Assembly (NCBI GenBank): GCA_035542215.1
Contig: DATKLW010000173.1
Coordinates: 1,717 to 65,716, forward strand
Reading direction: 5' to 3'
Source of the DNA: Thermoanaerobaculia bacterium
GTDB taxonomy: Bacteria > Acidobacteriota > Thermoanaerobaculia > UBA5066
Length of the DNA stretch: 64,000 nt
Shown one piece after another: positions 27,514-37,651 of this stretch. The position numbers and the translations under genes were made by a program. How positions within the stretch are numbered: position 1 is the stretch's first letter; each line of letters starts with the position of its first letter. The notes under the pieces were generated by a model. It ran no database searches. It was given only the letters and a program-made list of their open reading frames with translations, and had not been told where the DNA came from.

Positions 27514-28893
27514 ATGGCCGACAGCGCTTCCGGTCGCGAAGCCCCGCACCTCGCCCGCAGCATCGGCCTTTGGAGCGCCGTCGCGGTCGTGATCGGCTCG
27601 ACGATCGGCTCCGGGATCTTCCGCTCGCCGGCCGGCATCGCCGACAAGCTGCCGGGCCCGTTCCCCATGCTCGCGGTCTGGGCCGCGGGCGGCGTCTTCG
27701 CGCTCTGCGGCGCGCTGACGCTGGCCGAGGTCGCGAGCGCGCTCCCCGAGACGGGCGGGCTCTACGTCTTCTGCCGCGACGGCTGGGGCCGCCTCGCCGG
27801 ATTCCTCTTCGGGTGGGGCCAGTTCTCGATGATACGTGCGGCCTCTCTGGGCGCCATCGCGATCACGTTCGCCGAGTACTTCTTCCGCGTGACGGGCCAG
27901 GACCCGCAGGCGCCCGGCAAGGTCATGGCCGTGCGCTGGTTCGCGGCGTTCGCGATCGCCCTCACGGCCTTCTTCAACGTTCTCGGAGTCCGCCTCGCCG
28001 CGAACGTCAGCAACGCGACGGTCCTCGCGAAATACGGCGCGCTCGTCTTCATCGTCCTCGTCGCGCTCGTCATCGGGCTCCCGAAGACCGGCGGCCATTT
28101 CGCGCCCGCGGTCCCCGCGGGCAGCTTCCACGTCGCGGCGTTCGGCCTCGCCCTCGTCTCGACGCTCTGGGCGTTCGACGGCTGGGCCGACCTCGCCTAC
28201 AACGCGGGCGAAGTGACGGACCCCGAGAAGAACCTTCCCCGCGCGCTCATCGGCGGGACGCTCCTCGTCGTCGGGATTTACCTCGCCGCGAACGTCGCGT
28301 ACCTCGCGGTCCTCCCGATCGAGCAGATTCGCGTCTCGAAGCTCGTCGCGGCCGACGCGGCCCAGGTCGTCCTCGGGACGGCGGGAGCCGCCTTCGTCTC
28401 CGTGACCGTGATGGTCTCGACGTTCGGGACGCTCAACACGGTCCTCTTCACGAGCCCGCGCGTCTTCTTCGCGATGGCGGCCGACCGCCTTTTCTTCCGC
28501 TCGGTCGCGGCCGTGCACCCGCGCTTCGGGACGCCGTGGATCTCGATCCTGATGACGGCCGGGCTCGGGATCGTCTTCGTCCTCTCGCGCAGCTTCGAGC
28601 AGCTCGCGGACGTCTTCGTGACCGCGTTCCTGCCGTTCTACGCGCTCGGGGTCGCGTCGATCTTCCCGCTGCGCCGGAGGCCCGGCTACGCGCCGTCCTT
28701 CCGCGTCCCGTTCTACCCCGTCCTCCCGCTCGTCTTCATCGCGTCCGTGCTCTATCTCCTCGGCAACGCGATCGCCGAGCCGGAGAGCCGCTGGTCGACG
28801 CTCGCCGTCCTCGGCGTCGTCGCGGCGGGGATCCCCGTGTATTACCTGACGGTGGGGCGGACGGGTCCGTCCGTCACCGGAACCAGCCGCTGA
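27514..28893 (+). CDS. APC-family amino acid permease
   Basis: Motif IGLWSAVAVVIGSTIGSGIFRSP. About 12 TM helices. Confidence 0.9.
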   Translation: MADSASGREAPHLARSIGLWSAVAVVIGSTIGSGIFRSPAGIADKLPGPFPMLAVWAAGGVFALCGALTLAEVASALPETGGLYVFCRDGWGRLAGFLFGWGQFSMIRAASLGAIAITFAEYFFRVTGQDPQAPGKVMAVRWFAAFAIALTAFFNVLGVRLAANVSNATVLAKYGALVFIVLVALVIGLPKTGGHFAPAVPAGSFHVAAFGLALVSTLWAFDGWADLAYNAGEVTDPEKNLPRALIGGTLLVVGIYLAANVAYLAVLPIEQIRVSKLVAADAAQVVLGTAGAAFVSVTVMVSTFGTLNTVLFTSPRVFFAMAADRLFFRSVAAVHPRFGTPWISILMTAGLGIVFVLSRSFEQLADVFVTAFLPFYALGVASIFPLRRRPGYAPSFRVPFYPVLPLVFIASVLYLLGNAIAEPESRWSTLAVLGVVAAGIPVYYLTVGRTGPSVTGTSR

Positions 28894-31063
28894 CGTCCAC
28901 GACGAGGTTCACGGTCCCAGAAGGCTGCGCGCAACGGACGAGGACGTCTCCCGCCGAGCCGAGGGCGACGAACGCGTTGTTCGCGCGCGTCTGCCCCGCT
29001 CCGTAGGAGATCGTCGTCGCGTTCGTGAAGACGGCCCCCGCCGCCCGGAAGCTCAGCGTGCCGGCCGCCGTCGGAGACGTGACGGTGACGTTCACGGCGA
29101 GAGAGCGCGCGTCGGACGGCACGCCGCAACGTCCCGCGAGCGTGAACAGGCGGTCCGTGTTCGCGACGAGCGCGGGCGAGCCGTCCGGGCCCGACGGGCC
29201 GCGCGTGTCGAGGAGGCGGCACGGGGTCACCGTCGAGAAGGACGACCCGGACACGGGCGGCGGCGGCACGACACGTCCGATGGCCGCGATTTTGAACTCC
29301 GTGAACCAGACGTTCCCGTCGGGGCCCGCGACGATCCCGAGAGGGCCGGAATCCGCCGTCGGGATCAGGAACTCCGTGACGGCCCCCGAGGTCGAGATGC
29401 GCCCGATCCGGTTCGCGTCGAACTCCGTGAACCAGAGCGCGCCGTCGGGCCCCGGCGCGATCGCGAAGCTCCGCGTCGTCGCGGGAAGGAGGAACTCCGT
29501 GAACTCTCCCGAGGGCGTCAGGCGGGCGATCCGGCTCGCGCCGGACTCGGCCACCCAGAGGTTGCCGTCGGGGCCCGCGGCGATGCCGGTCGGGGCGGCG
29601 GCGGGGGTCGGGACCGGGAACTCCGTGATCGCACCCGACGTCGTGACCCGCCCGACCTTGTTCGCGGAGTTCTCGGTGAACCAGAGCGCGCCGTCGGGGC
29701 CCGCAGCGATGGCCTGCGGCATGCTGTTCGCCGTCGGGATCGGGAACTCCGTCAGCACGCCCGCGGTCGTCAGGCGTCCGACCTTGTTCGAGGTTTCCGT
29801 GAACCACAGCGCCCCGTCCGGGCCCGTCGTGATCCCCTCGGGGCCGCCGGAAACCGGAAAATGCGTCAGCGCGCCCGCCGTCGTGAGCCGGCCGATCCGG
29901 GTCCCGCCCGACTCCGCGATCCAGAGCGCGCCGTCCGGCCCGGACGCGATCCCGTGAGGGCCGCTGACGGCGCCCACGGCCCAGCTCGTCGTCGCCCCCG
30001 CCGTCGTCGCACGGCCGATCCGGTCGGCCTCCGCGAACCAGAGCGCGCCGTCTGATCCGGCCGTGATGAAGTACGGGAGGGCCCCTCCCGCGAGCGGAAA
30101 CTCGCGGTCCACCTCGGGAGGCGGACCCTCGCCGATCGCGTACCGGCCGACCTTGCCCGTCAGGAACTCCGTGAACCAGAGGTTTCCGTCGGCCCCAGTC
30201 GCGATCGCGTAGGCCCCGGCGTCCGCCGTCGGCACGAGGGCCTCCGAGATCGCGCCGGCCGTCGTGATGCGGCCGATCCTGTTCGCGTCGAATTCCGTGA
30301 ACCACAGGGCACCGTCGGGCCCCGCCGCGATGTCGAACGTGCGCGTCGTCGCGGGCAGCGAAAACTCCGTGACGACTCCCGCCGTCGTGATGCGACCGAT
30401 CGCCCCTGCGTTCGACTCCGTGAACCAGAGCGCCCCGTCCGGGCCGGCCGCGATTCCGAACGGGCCCGACGCACCCGTCGGCGTCGGGAACTCGGTCACG
30501 ACTCCCGCCGTCGTGATCCGCCCGATCCTGTTCGTGCCGACCTCGGCGAACCAGAGCGCGCCGTCCGGACCCGCGGCGATCCCCGCGGGGCTGCTGTTCG
30601 CCGAGAGGATCGGGGTCTCCGTGAGTTCGCCCGCCGTCGTGAGGCGCCCGATCTTGTTGCTCGCCTCCGTGAACCAGAGCGCCCCGTCCGGGCCGACCGC
30701 GAGCTGTTGCGGGGCGCCGGGCGCGGGGAAATGCGTGAGAGCGCCCGCCGTCGTCAGGCGTCCGATCGCGGCCGACTCCGTGAACCAGAGCGCCCCGTCC
30801 GGGCCGAGGACGATGCCCTGAGGGTTGCTCACCGCCCCGACCGCGAGCTCCGCGATGACGCCGCCCGTCGTGATGCGCCCGATCCGGTCGACCTCCGTGA
30901 ACCAGAGCGCCCCGTCCGGCCCGGGGGTGATCTGGTTCGGAAGGCGGCTCGCCGAGAGGGGGAACTCGAGGATGGCCTGCGCCGGGAGCGCCGCGGCCAG
31001 CGCGAGACCCGCAAACGCGACGAGAACCGCGGGGAGTCGTGCGGAGCGCGCGCGCCCGTCCAT
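28874..31063 (-). CDS. secreted double beta-propeller protein with 14 virginiamycin-B-lyase-like (Vgb/NHL-like) blades plus a C-terminal ~110-aa domain
   Basis: In frame with track ORF 28874..31708. The ATG at 31061-31063 gives a signal peptide, MDGRARSARLPAVLVAFAGLALAAALPAQA. There are 14 units of GPDGALWFTE...IGR(I/L)TT(A/G)G..TEF. Confidence 0.8.
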   Translation of the reverse strand: MDGRARSARLPAVLVAFAGLALAAALPAQAILEFPLSASRLPNQITPGPDGALWFTEVDRIGRITTGGVIAELAVGAVSNPQGIVLGPDGALWFTESAAIGRLTTAGALTHFPAPGAPQQLAVGPDGALWFTEASNKIGRLTTAGELTETPILSANSSPAGIAAGPDGALWFAEVGTNRIGRITTAGVVTEFPTPTGASGPFGIAAGPDGALWFTESNAGAIGRITTAGVVTEFSLPATTRTFDIAAGPDGALWFTEFDANRIGRITTAGAISEALVPTADAGAYAIATGADGNLWFTEFLTGKVGRYAIGEGPPPEVDREFPLAGGALPYFITAGSDGALWFAEADRIGRATTAGATTSWAVGAVSGPHGIASGPDGALWIAESGGTRIGRLTTAGALTHFPVSGGPEGITTGPDGALWFTETSNKVGRLTTAGVLTEFPIPTANSMPQAIAAGPDGALWFTENSANKVGRVTTSGAITEFPVPTPAAAPTGIAAGPDGNLWVAESGASRIARLTPSGEFTEFLLPATTRSFAIAPGPDGALWFTEFDANRIGRISTSGAVTEFLIPTADSGPLGIVAGPDGNVWFTEFKIAAIGRVVPPPPVSGSSFSTVTPCRLLDTRGPSGPDGSPALVANTDRLFTLAGRCGVPSDARSLAVNVTVTSPTAAGTLSFRAAGAVFTNATTISYGAGQTRANNAFVALGSAGDVLVRCAQPSGTVNLVVDVSGWFR

Positions 31064-31065
31064 GG

Positions 31066-31701
31066 TCAGTCCGCCATTCTCTCCCGGACCGCGCTCTCGA
31101 TCTCGTCGCCGTACGCAACGAGGCCATGGTCGCCGCCGGCGACGCGGTGGAAACGCGATCCTTTCGCGAGGCGGCCGGACTTCTCCCAGCGCGCCCAGGC
31201 CCCCGCGACCTGCGCGTACGGAACGGTTTCGTCGTCCGTCCCCATGACGACCGAGACGGGCACCGGCGGCGGCGCCTCGTCGACGCGCACGAGCGCCATC
31301 TCCTCGAAGAATCGCCGCCGGATCGGGAGCGGCCGCTCCTCGCCGTGGTGGAAGAGGTCGAATTCTTCGCCCTCCGGCAGCTTCTCCTTCCATCGTTCGT
31401 GAAAGCCCAGAGCGGGCGCGACGAGAACGAGAGGGCAAGAGACGGGAGCGGAGTTTTCTGCGAGTGAAAGAGCCACGAGAGCGCCCAGCGAGCTTCCGAC
31501 GACCACCCTCGGCTCGGCGCGGTCGAACGCCGCCCTGGCCGCGGCGACCATCTCGAAGAAACTCAGCTCCCGGAAGGACGGCACGTTGAGGTCCGGGGCG
31601 ACGACTTCGAACCCGTCGGCGGCGAACCGGTCCTCGAGAACCGCCCGTTTGCGGCCGCGGGGCGACGAGGCGAGGCCGTGAAGGTATAGGATCCTGGGCA
31701 C
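31066..31701 (-). CDS. alpha/beta hydrolase (YqiA-like esterase)
   Basis: N-terminus MPRILYLHGLASSP. The nucleophile elbow is GSSLG. Confidence 0.75.
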   Translation of the reverse strand: MPRILYLHGLASSPRGRKRAVLEDRFAADGFEVVAPDLNVPSFRELSFFEMVAAARAAFDRAEPRVVVGSSLGALVALSLAENSAPVSCPLVLVAPALGFHERWKEKLPEGEEFDLFHHGEERPLPIRRRFFEEMALVRVDEAPPPVPVSVVMGTDDETVPYAQVAGAWARWEKSGRLAKGSRFHRVAGGDHGLVAYGDEIESAVRERMAD

Positions 31702-31914
31702 GGTTCAATTCGCTCCGGCGGAGGATACAGACTGGCAGAAAGCTTGCGGCTTGATCAGCGAAGTCTTGACTGGACCGGTGTCTGTGACGTAAGTCTCACG
31801 TTTATCAGTTGAACCTCGGAAAGGCCTGTCCAAGATTCCGGATCTCCCGACGGAAAGCCGGAGGCGAGGCCCTCACCGAAGCATCACCATCTTTTTCTTG
31901 GAGGAGGAACCTTG

Positions 31915-34719
31915 ATGAAAAACGCTCTCAGAATCCTTATGGCCGTGGCGCTCGTCGTCACCGCCTCAGCCGCCTTCGCCGGTGAGACGGGCTCCGTCTC
32001 GGGCGTCGTGAAAGACGGCAGCGGCCTCGCGGTTCCCGGCGCCACCGTGAAGATCGTCGGCGCCCAGGCGCCGCGCACGACCGTCACGAACGCGTCCGGC
32101 GCCTTCAAGTTCCCGACCCTTCTGCCGGGCGACTACGTCGTCACCGCGGACCTCAAGGGCCTCGGCACGGCGAGCCATAAGGTGAAGGTCTTCGTCGACA
32201 ACGACGCGCAGCTGTCTCTCTCGCTCGTCCAGTCCACGAAGGCCGAGGTCGTCGTGACCGGCGCCGCGACCGAGATCGACAAGAAGGCCTCCGAAGTCAA
32301 CTTCAACTACACGGACAACACCCTCAAGGACCTCCCGCTCGGGCGCACGTACGAAGGCGTGTTGAAGATCATCCCGGGCGCGGCAGCCGACACGGCCGGA
32401 AGCGGCCAGGTTGCGATGTCCGGCGGCACGCGGCAGGACAACAAGTTCCTCCTCGACGGCGTCAACATCACGAACCCGGGCTACGGGTTCCTCGGCGTCG
32501 ACACGAACCAGCTCGACATCGCGGACTTCAACGTGAAGAAGGGCGGCATCTCGGCCGAGTTCGGGCGCACGTCCGGCGCGATGATCAACGCCGTCACGAA
32601 GTCGGGCACGAACCAGATCGCCGGCGCGGTCCAGTTCAACATCTCCCCGAGCTCGTTCCAGGCGAACAACGACTTCGGGACGACGCAGGACGTCAGCACG
32701 TACAACGGCCAGGGGAACATCGGGTTCCCGATCATCAAGGACGCGCTCTTCGGTTACGTTTCGGCCGCCTACTACGACACGAAGACGACCGGGACGACCG
32801 CCACGTACAGCGGCGTCACGTCGACGCAGCCGGACGCCACCGCCAAGAACGGCGACTACTTCGGCAAGCTCACGTACTTCGGGGGCCAGAACGTCCTCAT
32901 CAACGCCGGCTTCCGCGCTCTCCCCGCGAAGTCCGACAACCAGTTCAACTCGATCTACGACGCCCCGACCGCAGCGTACGGCGCCGACACGACGAACTAC
33001 GTCGGCAACGCGTCGGTCGACTGGTTCGTCTCGAAGGACACGGCCGTCGAGGCGAAGTTCATCCACTACACCGAAAACGACCTGTCGAACGGCAACAACC
33101 TCATCCCGCCGTTCCAGCCAACGACGATCAACCCGAAGACCCTCGGCGCCTACGGCGCGTTCCCCGACCCGACGCGCAACGGCGGCAACTCGGGCGTGCC
33201 GGAGTTCCAGTCGACGGGCGACCGTTACAAGAGGAACGAGATCAAGGCGACGCTCAGCCAGTACTTCGACTTCGGCAGCTCGCAGCATCAGTTCAAGCTC
33301 GGCGGCGGATACGAGGACGACACGATGGACACCGTCCGGGCGACGAACGGCTGGGGCACATGGGCGACCGGCATCTCGTGCCCGGCCTCGGTCTGTGGCG
33401 TGGCGGTGTCCAACACGGACCGCGCCCGGTACTACACGTCGCAGCCCGAGCAGAACTCGGGCGCGCGGACGTACTCGGCGTTTCTCCAGGACACGATCAC
33501 GTTCAAGGCCGTCACGGTCAGCCTCGGCGTCCTCGCCAACAAGGACGACTTCGCCCAGATCTGCAAGCAGGGCAACGTCTGCGGACCGACCGGCACACCG
33601 GCCGAGACGACGGACACGCGCATCAACTTCATGTCGTTCGACTGGAGCACGCTGATCCAGCCGCGCCTCGGCATCACGTGGAACACGAACCTCGTCGAGG
33701 GCGACAAGCTCTACAGCTCGTACGGCGAGTACGCGGGCCTCGATCAGAAGTCCACCGCGCGCTCCTTCGCCCCGTACCGCATCCGCCAGGACCAGGCGTA
33801 CTTCTGCGCCACGGTCGGCGGCTGCGCGGGCGGATTCGCATACGGCCAGCTCATGGGCTCGCAGTACCGCGGCTCTTCGGGCGGCAAGCTCATCCCGGCC
33901 TACCTGAAGGAGCCCTACTACCAGGAGTTCATCCTCGGGTACTCGGCCGCGGCCACGAAGGACATCGCCGTCGACGCGTACTACCAGTACCGCAACCTCA
34001 AGAACGCCATGGAAGACACGCCGATCGACCCGGCGAACTACTTCGGATCGTTCCAGGCGGCGAACTTCCCCGACGCGCGGCGCGTCTACCGTGCCTACAC
34101 GCTCGACGTCCAGAAGCGCTACGCGAACAGCTGGTACGCGGACATGAACGTCACGTTCAGCCACCTCTACGGCAACTTCGACGAGGACTACGGCACGGGT
34201 CTCTTCAACACGTCGTCGTTCCTCGAGGACGAGCCGGGCTGGTACACGACCGACCCGAATCGCTACGGCACCATGACGCAGGACCGCCCGGTCATCTTCA
34301 AGTTGATGGCCACCTACGACACGCCGTTCGGCCTCACCCTCGGCGGCTTCCTCCGCGTCCAGAGCGGCACGGCCTGGGAGGCCCGCGGCGCCACTCCGTC
34401 GACGACCGACGGCCGCTACCTCGAGCCCGCCGGCTCGCGCCGCCTCCCGACGTGGACGAACTTCGACGCGCTCCTCGCCTACACGTTCAAGCCCTCGGGC
34501 AACATGGGCGTCCGCCTCGAGTTCCGCGTCGCGAACGTCTTCAACACGCAGACCGTTCTCGCCGTGGACCACACGAAGTACTTCGACGGGTACGTCGACG
34601 GCACCCCGGCCTCGACCGAGGGGCCCCAGGGAACGTCCCAGCCCAACCCGAACTTCGGCAACGCGACGGCCTGGGCCGCGCCGCGCCGCTTCACGCTCAT
34701 GGCTCGCCTCGACTTCTAG
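31915..34719 (+). CDS. TonB-dependent receptor-like outer membrane protein with N-terminal carboxypeptidase-regulatory-like domain
   Basis: ATG behind GGAGGAGG. The signal peptide ends AFAGE. Sequence GSVSGVVKDGSGLAVPGATVKIV. The C-terminus RRFTLMARLDF ends in Phe. Confidence 0.85.
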   Translation: MKNALRILMAVALVVTASAAFAGETGSVSGVVKDGSGLAVPGATVKIVGAQAPRTTVTNASGAFKFPTLLPGDYVVTADLKGLGTASHKVKVFVDNDAQLSLSLVQSTKAEVVVTGAATEIDKKASEVNFNYTDNTLKDLPLGRTYEGVLKIIPGAAADTAGSGQVAMSGGTRQDNKFLLDGVNITNPGYGFLGVDTNQLDIADFNVKKGGISAEFGRTSGAMINAVTKSGTNQIAGAVQFNISPSSFQANNDFGTTQDVSTYNGQGNIGFPIIKDALFGYVSAAYYDTKTTGTTATYSGVTSTQPDATAKNGDYFGKLTYFGGQNVLINAGFRALPAKSDNQFNSIYDAPTAAYGADTTNYVGNASVDWFVSKDTAVEAKFIHYTENDLSNGNNLIPPFQPTTINPKTLGAYGAFPDPTRNGGNSGVPEFQSTGDRYKRNEIKATLSQYFDFGSSQHQFKLGGGYEDDTMDTVRATNGWGTWATGISCPASVCGVAVSNTDRARYYTSQPEQNSGARTYSAFLQDTITFKAVTVSLGVLANKDDFAQICKQGNVCGPTGTPAETTDTRINFMSFDWSTLIQPRLGITWNTNLVEGDKLYSSYGEYAGLDQKSTARSFAPYRIRQDQAYFCATVGGCAGGFAYGQLMGSQYRGSSGGKLIPAYLKEPYYQEFILGYSAAATKDIAVDAYYQYRNLKNAMEDTPIDPANYFGSFQAANFPDARRVYRAYTLDVQKRYANSWYADMNVTFSHLYGNFDEDYGTGLFNTSSFLEDEPGWYTTDPNRYGTMTQDRPVIFKLMATYDTPFGLTLGGFLRVQSGTAWEARGATPSTTDGRYLEPAGSRRLPTWTNFDALLAYTFKPSGNMGVRLEFRVANVFNTQTVLAVDHTKYFDGYVDGTPASTEGPQGTSQPNPNFGNATAWAAPRRFTLMARLDF

Positions 34720-34743
34720 ACGAGCCTCGACCGGTTCTCTTTG

Positions 34744-34777
34744 CGGCCCGGCGGCGACGCCGGGCCGTTTTCTATTT
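34744..34777. terminator. bidirectional terminator hairpin between the TonB-receptor and GT39 genes
   Basis: CGGCCCGGCG-GCGA-CGCCGGGCCG followed by TTTTCTATTT. Confidence 0.65.
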
Positions 34778-36667
34778 CGACCGGCCGAGCGCCTCGAGGA
34801 ACGCCCGGGCCTTGTCGTAGCCGGGCTGCAGGGCGAGGGCCTCTTTCGCGAGCGCGCGAGCCCGATCCGTCTCGCCCGCCATCGCGCACGCGACCGCGAG
34901 ATTGAGCCGGGCTTCCGCGCTCGCGCCGTCGAGCCGCACGGCCTCCTCGAGATCCGCGCGGCCGCCTGCCGCGTCGCCGGACTCGATGCGCGAAAGGCCT
35001 CGGCGTTCGAGCAGCGAGGAAAGCGTGGCCGCCGCCTCGGCTCTCGGCGCAGCGGACGCGAGCGAGCGTCCGAGCGCCGCGATCGCTTCGTCGCTCTTCC
35101 CCGCGGCTGCGAATGACCGGCCCACGCGGAGCCAGAAGAGCGCGGGATCGGGATGTCCGGGCGCGGCCGCCCCGGCGTGCCGCATCGCGCCGGCGGCGTT
35201 CTTTTCGATCTCCCAGAGGACGAGGTGCATGTCTTCGTCCGCGGCGCCGTCCCAGAGGCCCGTCGGCCAGAGCGAGACGGCTGCGAGAACCGCCGCGGCC
35301 GCCACGGAGGCGCCGACGCCGCGCTTCGCCCGCCACGCCTCCGGGAGCTTCGCGACGGCGGCACCCGCGAGCGGCGCGAGCGCGACGAGGAGCGGCAGGC
35401 GATAGCGCGTCGCGACGAAGAAGGCGGCGACGGCGAGGACGTACGCGGGAATGAAGGCGGTCCAGACGAGCAGCGCGCGGCGCGCCTCTCCCGCCGAGGC
35501 GAGGATGGCGAGGACGAATCCCGCGCCCGCGAGTGGGAGGAGGAGGCCGGGGCCGACGGCGAGGATCTTCAGCGCGGTGCTGTGCTCGCGGTACCACGGG
35601 AAGCTGAAGTTGAGCGGCGCCTCGTCGCCCGAAAGAGTGAACCGGATCTTCCTCAGAAAGAGAGACGCGGCGGAGCCGGGGTTCGCGCGAATCCAGCGGA
35701 GCGCCTCGCGGGCGAAGTGCGCCGAGACCTCCGGGGTCGAAAGCGAGCGGCCCTCGGCTGCCTCGGCCACCCTCTTCGCATCCCGCGCCTGTCCGCCGAT
35801 GTCGGGCGTGATCCCCGGGAGCGCGCGGTAGACGCCGTTGGCGCCCGGCCCGTTCCCGACGAGAAAGTTCAGGCCGCCGTGCGAGGAGATGAGGACGAAT
35901 TCACGGGAGACGACGAAGTTCCGGAGGGTAACGGGCGCGATCGCGACGGCGGCGCCGCCGACGAATGCCGCAGCGATCCACACCCTTCTAAGAGATTTCT
36001 CTTTGAACATGAAAAGAGCCAGGGCCGCCGCGATCGCGGCGACGCAAAGGAGGGCGTTCGGGCGGTTGAGGGAAAGAAGGCCGCCCGCAAAGCCGGCGGC
36101 GATCATGACCCTCGAAGAAATCGGCGCTGCGGCGAGCGGCGGCGCCGCCCGCCGAACTCCGCCGCTTGCCGCTGCTTCGCCCCCAGTCACATTCGAAGAA
36201 AAGCGCCTTGGCGTGAGCCCCACAGAAAGCAGGTACAGGAAGAGCGCCGTGAGGAACGGGTCCAGCGCCGCCTGCAGGATGAGCGCCTCGTGAAACGTCA
36301 CGACGCCCGTCAGGGCGAAGAGGACGCCCGCGGGGAGCGCCGCGCGGTCGCCGAAGAGGCGCCGCGCCGTCAGGAAGACGAGCACGACCGCCGCCGCGCC
36401 GAGCATCATCTGGACGACGCGCGCGACGGGGAACGACACGCCGGTCGCCGCGAGGAAATACTCGTAGAGCGGCGACACGAAGAACGGCACGGGCCCCTCG
36501 CCGCGGAGCAGGAGATCTCCGTTCGCGATGCGCCACGCGAGGCGTGCGTACACGCCGCCGTCGAGGTCGCCGTAGGGCTGGAGGAGCGGATGGCCTCCGA
36601 GCTGCGCGAGGACGGCCGCCTTCGCGGCGATCGCCCCCGCGGCGAGAAGGAGAAGGCGGCGGGTCAC
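34772..36667 (-). CDS. GT39/ArnT-like glycosyltransferase with C-terminal TPR repeats
   Basis: The N-terminal ~450 aa are polytopic (PLYEYFLA..., many TM helices). The C-terminal part looks TPR-like (AEARLNLAVACAMAGETDRARALAKEALALQPGY). Confidence 0.75.
   Translation of the reverse strand: MTRRLLLLAAGAIAAKAAVLAQLGGHPLLQPYGDLDGGVYARLAWRIANGDLLLRGEGPVPFFVSPLYEYFLAATGVSFPVARVVQMMLGAAAVVLVFLTARRLFGDRAALPAGVLFALTGVVTFHEALILQAALDPFLTALFLYLLSVGLTPRRFSSNVTGGEAAASGGVRRAAPPLAAAPISSRVMIAAGFAGGLLSLNRPNALLCVAAIAAALALFMFKEKSLRRVWIAAAFVGGAAVAIAPVTLRNFVVSREFVLISSHGGLNFLVGNGPGANGVYRALPGITPDIGGQARDAKRVAEAAEGRSLSTPEVSAHFAREALRWIRANPGSAASLFLRKIRFTLSGDEAPLNFSFPWYREHSTALKILAVGPGLLLPLAGAGFVLAILASAGEARRALLVWTAFIPAYVLAVAAFFVATRYRLPLLVALAPLAGAAVAKLPEAWRAKRGVGASVAAAAVLAAVSLWPTGLWDGAADEDMHLVLWEIEKNAAGAMRHAGAAAPGHPDPALFWLRVGRSFAAAGKSDEAIAALGRSLASAAPRAEAAATLSSLLERRGLSRIESGDAAGGRADLEEAVRLDGASAEARLNLAVACAMAGETDRARALAKEALALQPGYDKARAFLEALGRSK
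35979..36017. repeat. copy of the dispersed motif inside the GT39 gene (weaker relatives at 36108-36124 and 36186-36205)
   Basis: CACACCCTTCTAAGAGATTTCTCTTTGAACATGAAAAGAG. Confidence 0.65.
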
Positions 36668-36706
36668 GCGGGAAGGTTACCTCCCGCGCCTTGCTAAGCT
36701 GGCCTC

Positions 36707-37651
36707 ATGGCCGCGTTCTGGATCGGCGTGGACGGGGGCGGCACGCGCACGCGCGCTGTCGTGGCGGGCGAGGACCTCGTTCCGATGGGCAGCGGCGCCT
36801 CGGGACCCGCGAACGCTTCGACGCGCCCGCTCCCGCTCGTCGTCGAAACGGTCCTCGAGGCCGCCGGGGACGCCGCCGCCTCGGCGACCGTCGCGGCCGC
36901 CCGCGCGGAGAAAGTCGGCGTCGGTCTCGCGGGCGTCGAGTCGGCGGGCCTCGTCGCGCCGCTCACCGCCGCCCTCGAGGAGCATTTCGGCGCGGGACGC
37001 GTCCTCGTGACGACGGACGCGCGCATCGCGCTCGCCGGCGCCTCGCCCGGCGATCCGCAGGGGCCGGGCGTCGTCCTGATCGCGGGGACCGGGGCGATCG
37101 CCTACGGGCGCTCCGCGGGCGGGGCCGAGGCGCGTGCGGGCGGCTGGGGGCCGCTCCTCGGCGACGAGGGCTCGGGCTACGCGATCGCGCGCCAGGGCCT
37201 CGCCGCCGTCGTCCGGGACCTCGACGGGCGCGGCCCGAAGACGGCGATCCGGGAGATGCTCTTCCGGTCCGCCCGCGGGATCCACACGCTGGAGGAGCTT
37301 CTCGCGAAGATCTACAGGTCCGAGGGCGGCGCGGGCGACGTCGCGGCGTACTTCCCGATCGTCCTTGCGGCGGCGAAGGCCGGCGACGCCGAAGCGCGCC
37401 GGATCCTCGGCGAAGCCGGCAGAGAGCTCGCCCTCGCGGCGCTCACGGTCATCCGAAAGCTCCGGCTCGAGAACTCGTCGTTCCCCGTCTCGACCGTCGG
37501 CGGCGTTTTCAGCGCGGGCGACCTGCTCGTCGGACCCCTCGCGGCCGCGCTCCACGCCGTGGCGCCGGGCGCGCAGGTCGGCCCGCCGGCGTATCCGCCC
37601 GAGATCGGCGCCATCCGGCTCGCCCGGGCGCGAGCGGAGGCGCTCCCGTGA
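36707..37651 (+). CDS. BadF/BadG/BcrA/BcrD-type ATPase, N-acetylglucosamine kinase-like
   Basis: Motifs IGVDGGGTRTR and GWGPLLGDEGSGY. The stop overlaps the murQ start. Confidence 0.8.
   Translation: MAAFWIGVDGGGTRTRAVVAGEDLVPMGSGASGPANASTRPLPLVVETVLEAAGDAAASATVAAARAEKVGVGLAGVESAGLVAPLTAALEEHFGAGRVLVTTDARIALAGASPGDPQGPGVVLIAGTGAIAYGRSAGGAEARAGGWGPLLGDEGSGYAIARQGLAAVVRDLDGRGPKTAIREMLFRSARGIHTLEELLAKIYRSEGGAGDVAAYFPIVLAAAKAGDAEARRILGEAGRELALAALTVIRKLRLENSSFPVSTVGGVFSAGDLLVGPLAAALHAVAPGAQVGPPAYPPEIGAIRLARARAEALP

Noticed and set aside
28950-31000. Dense ~120-bp periodic DNA similarity that could suggest a satellite or mobile repeat.
   Set aside because: It is fully explained by the 14 beta-propeller blades of a single continuous CDS.
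31709-31914. The ~200-nt leader upstream of the TonB-dependent receptor as a riboswitch (e.g. cobalamin), and a TTGACT-N17-GTAAGT sigma-70-like promoter at ~31766-31794.
   Set aside because: No B12-box or other riboswitch core was recognisable by eye. The promoter match is weak, and the -10 is poor for an organism whose promoter consensus is unknown to me.
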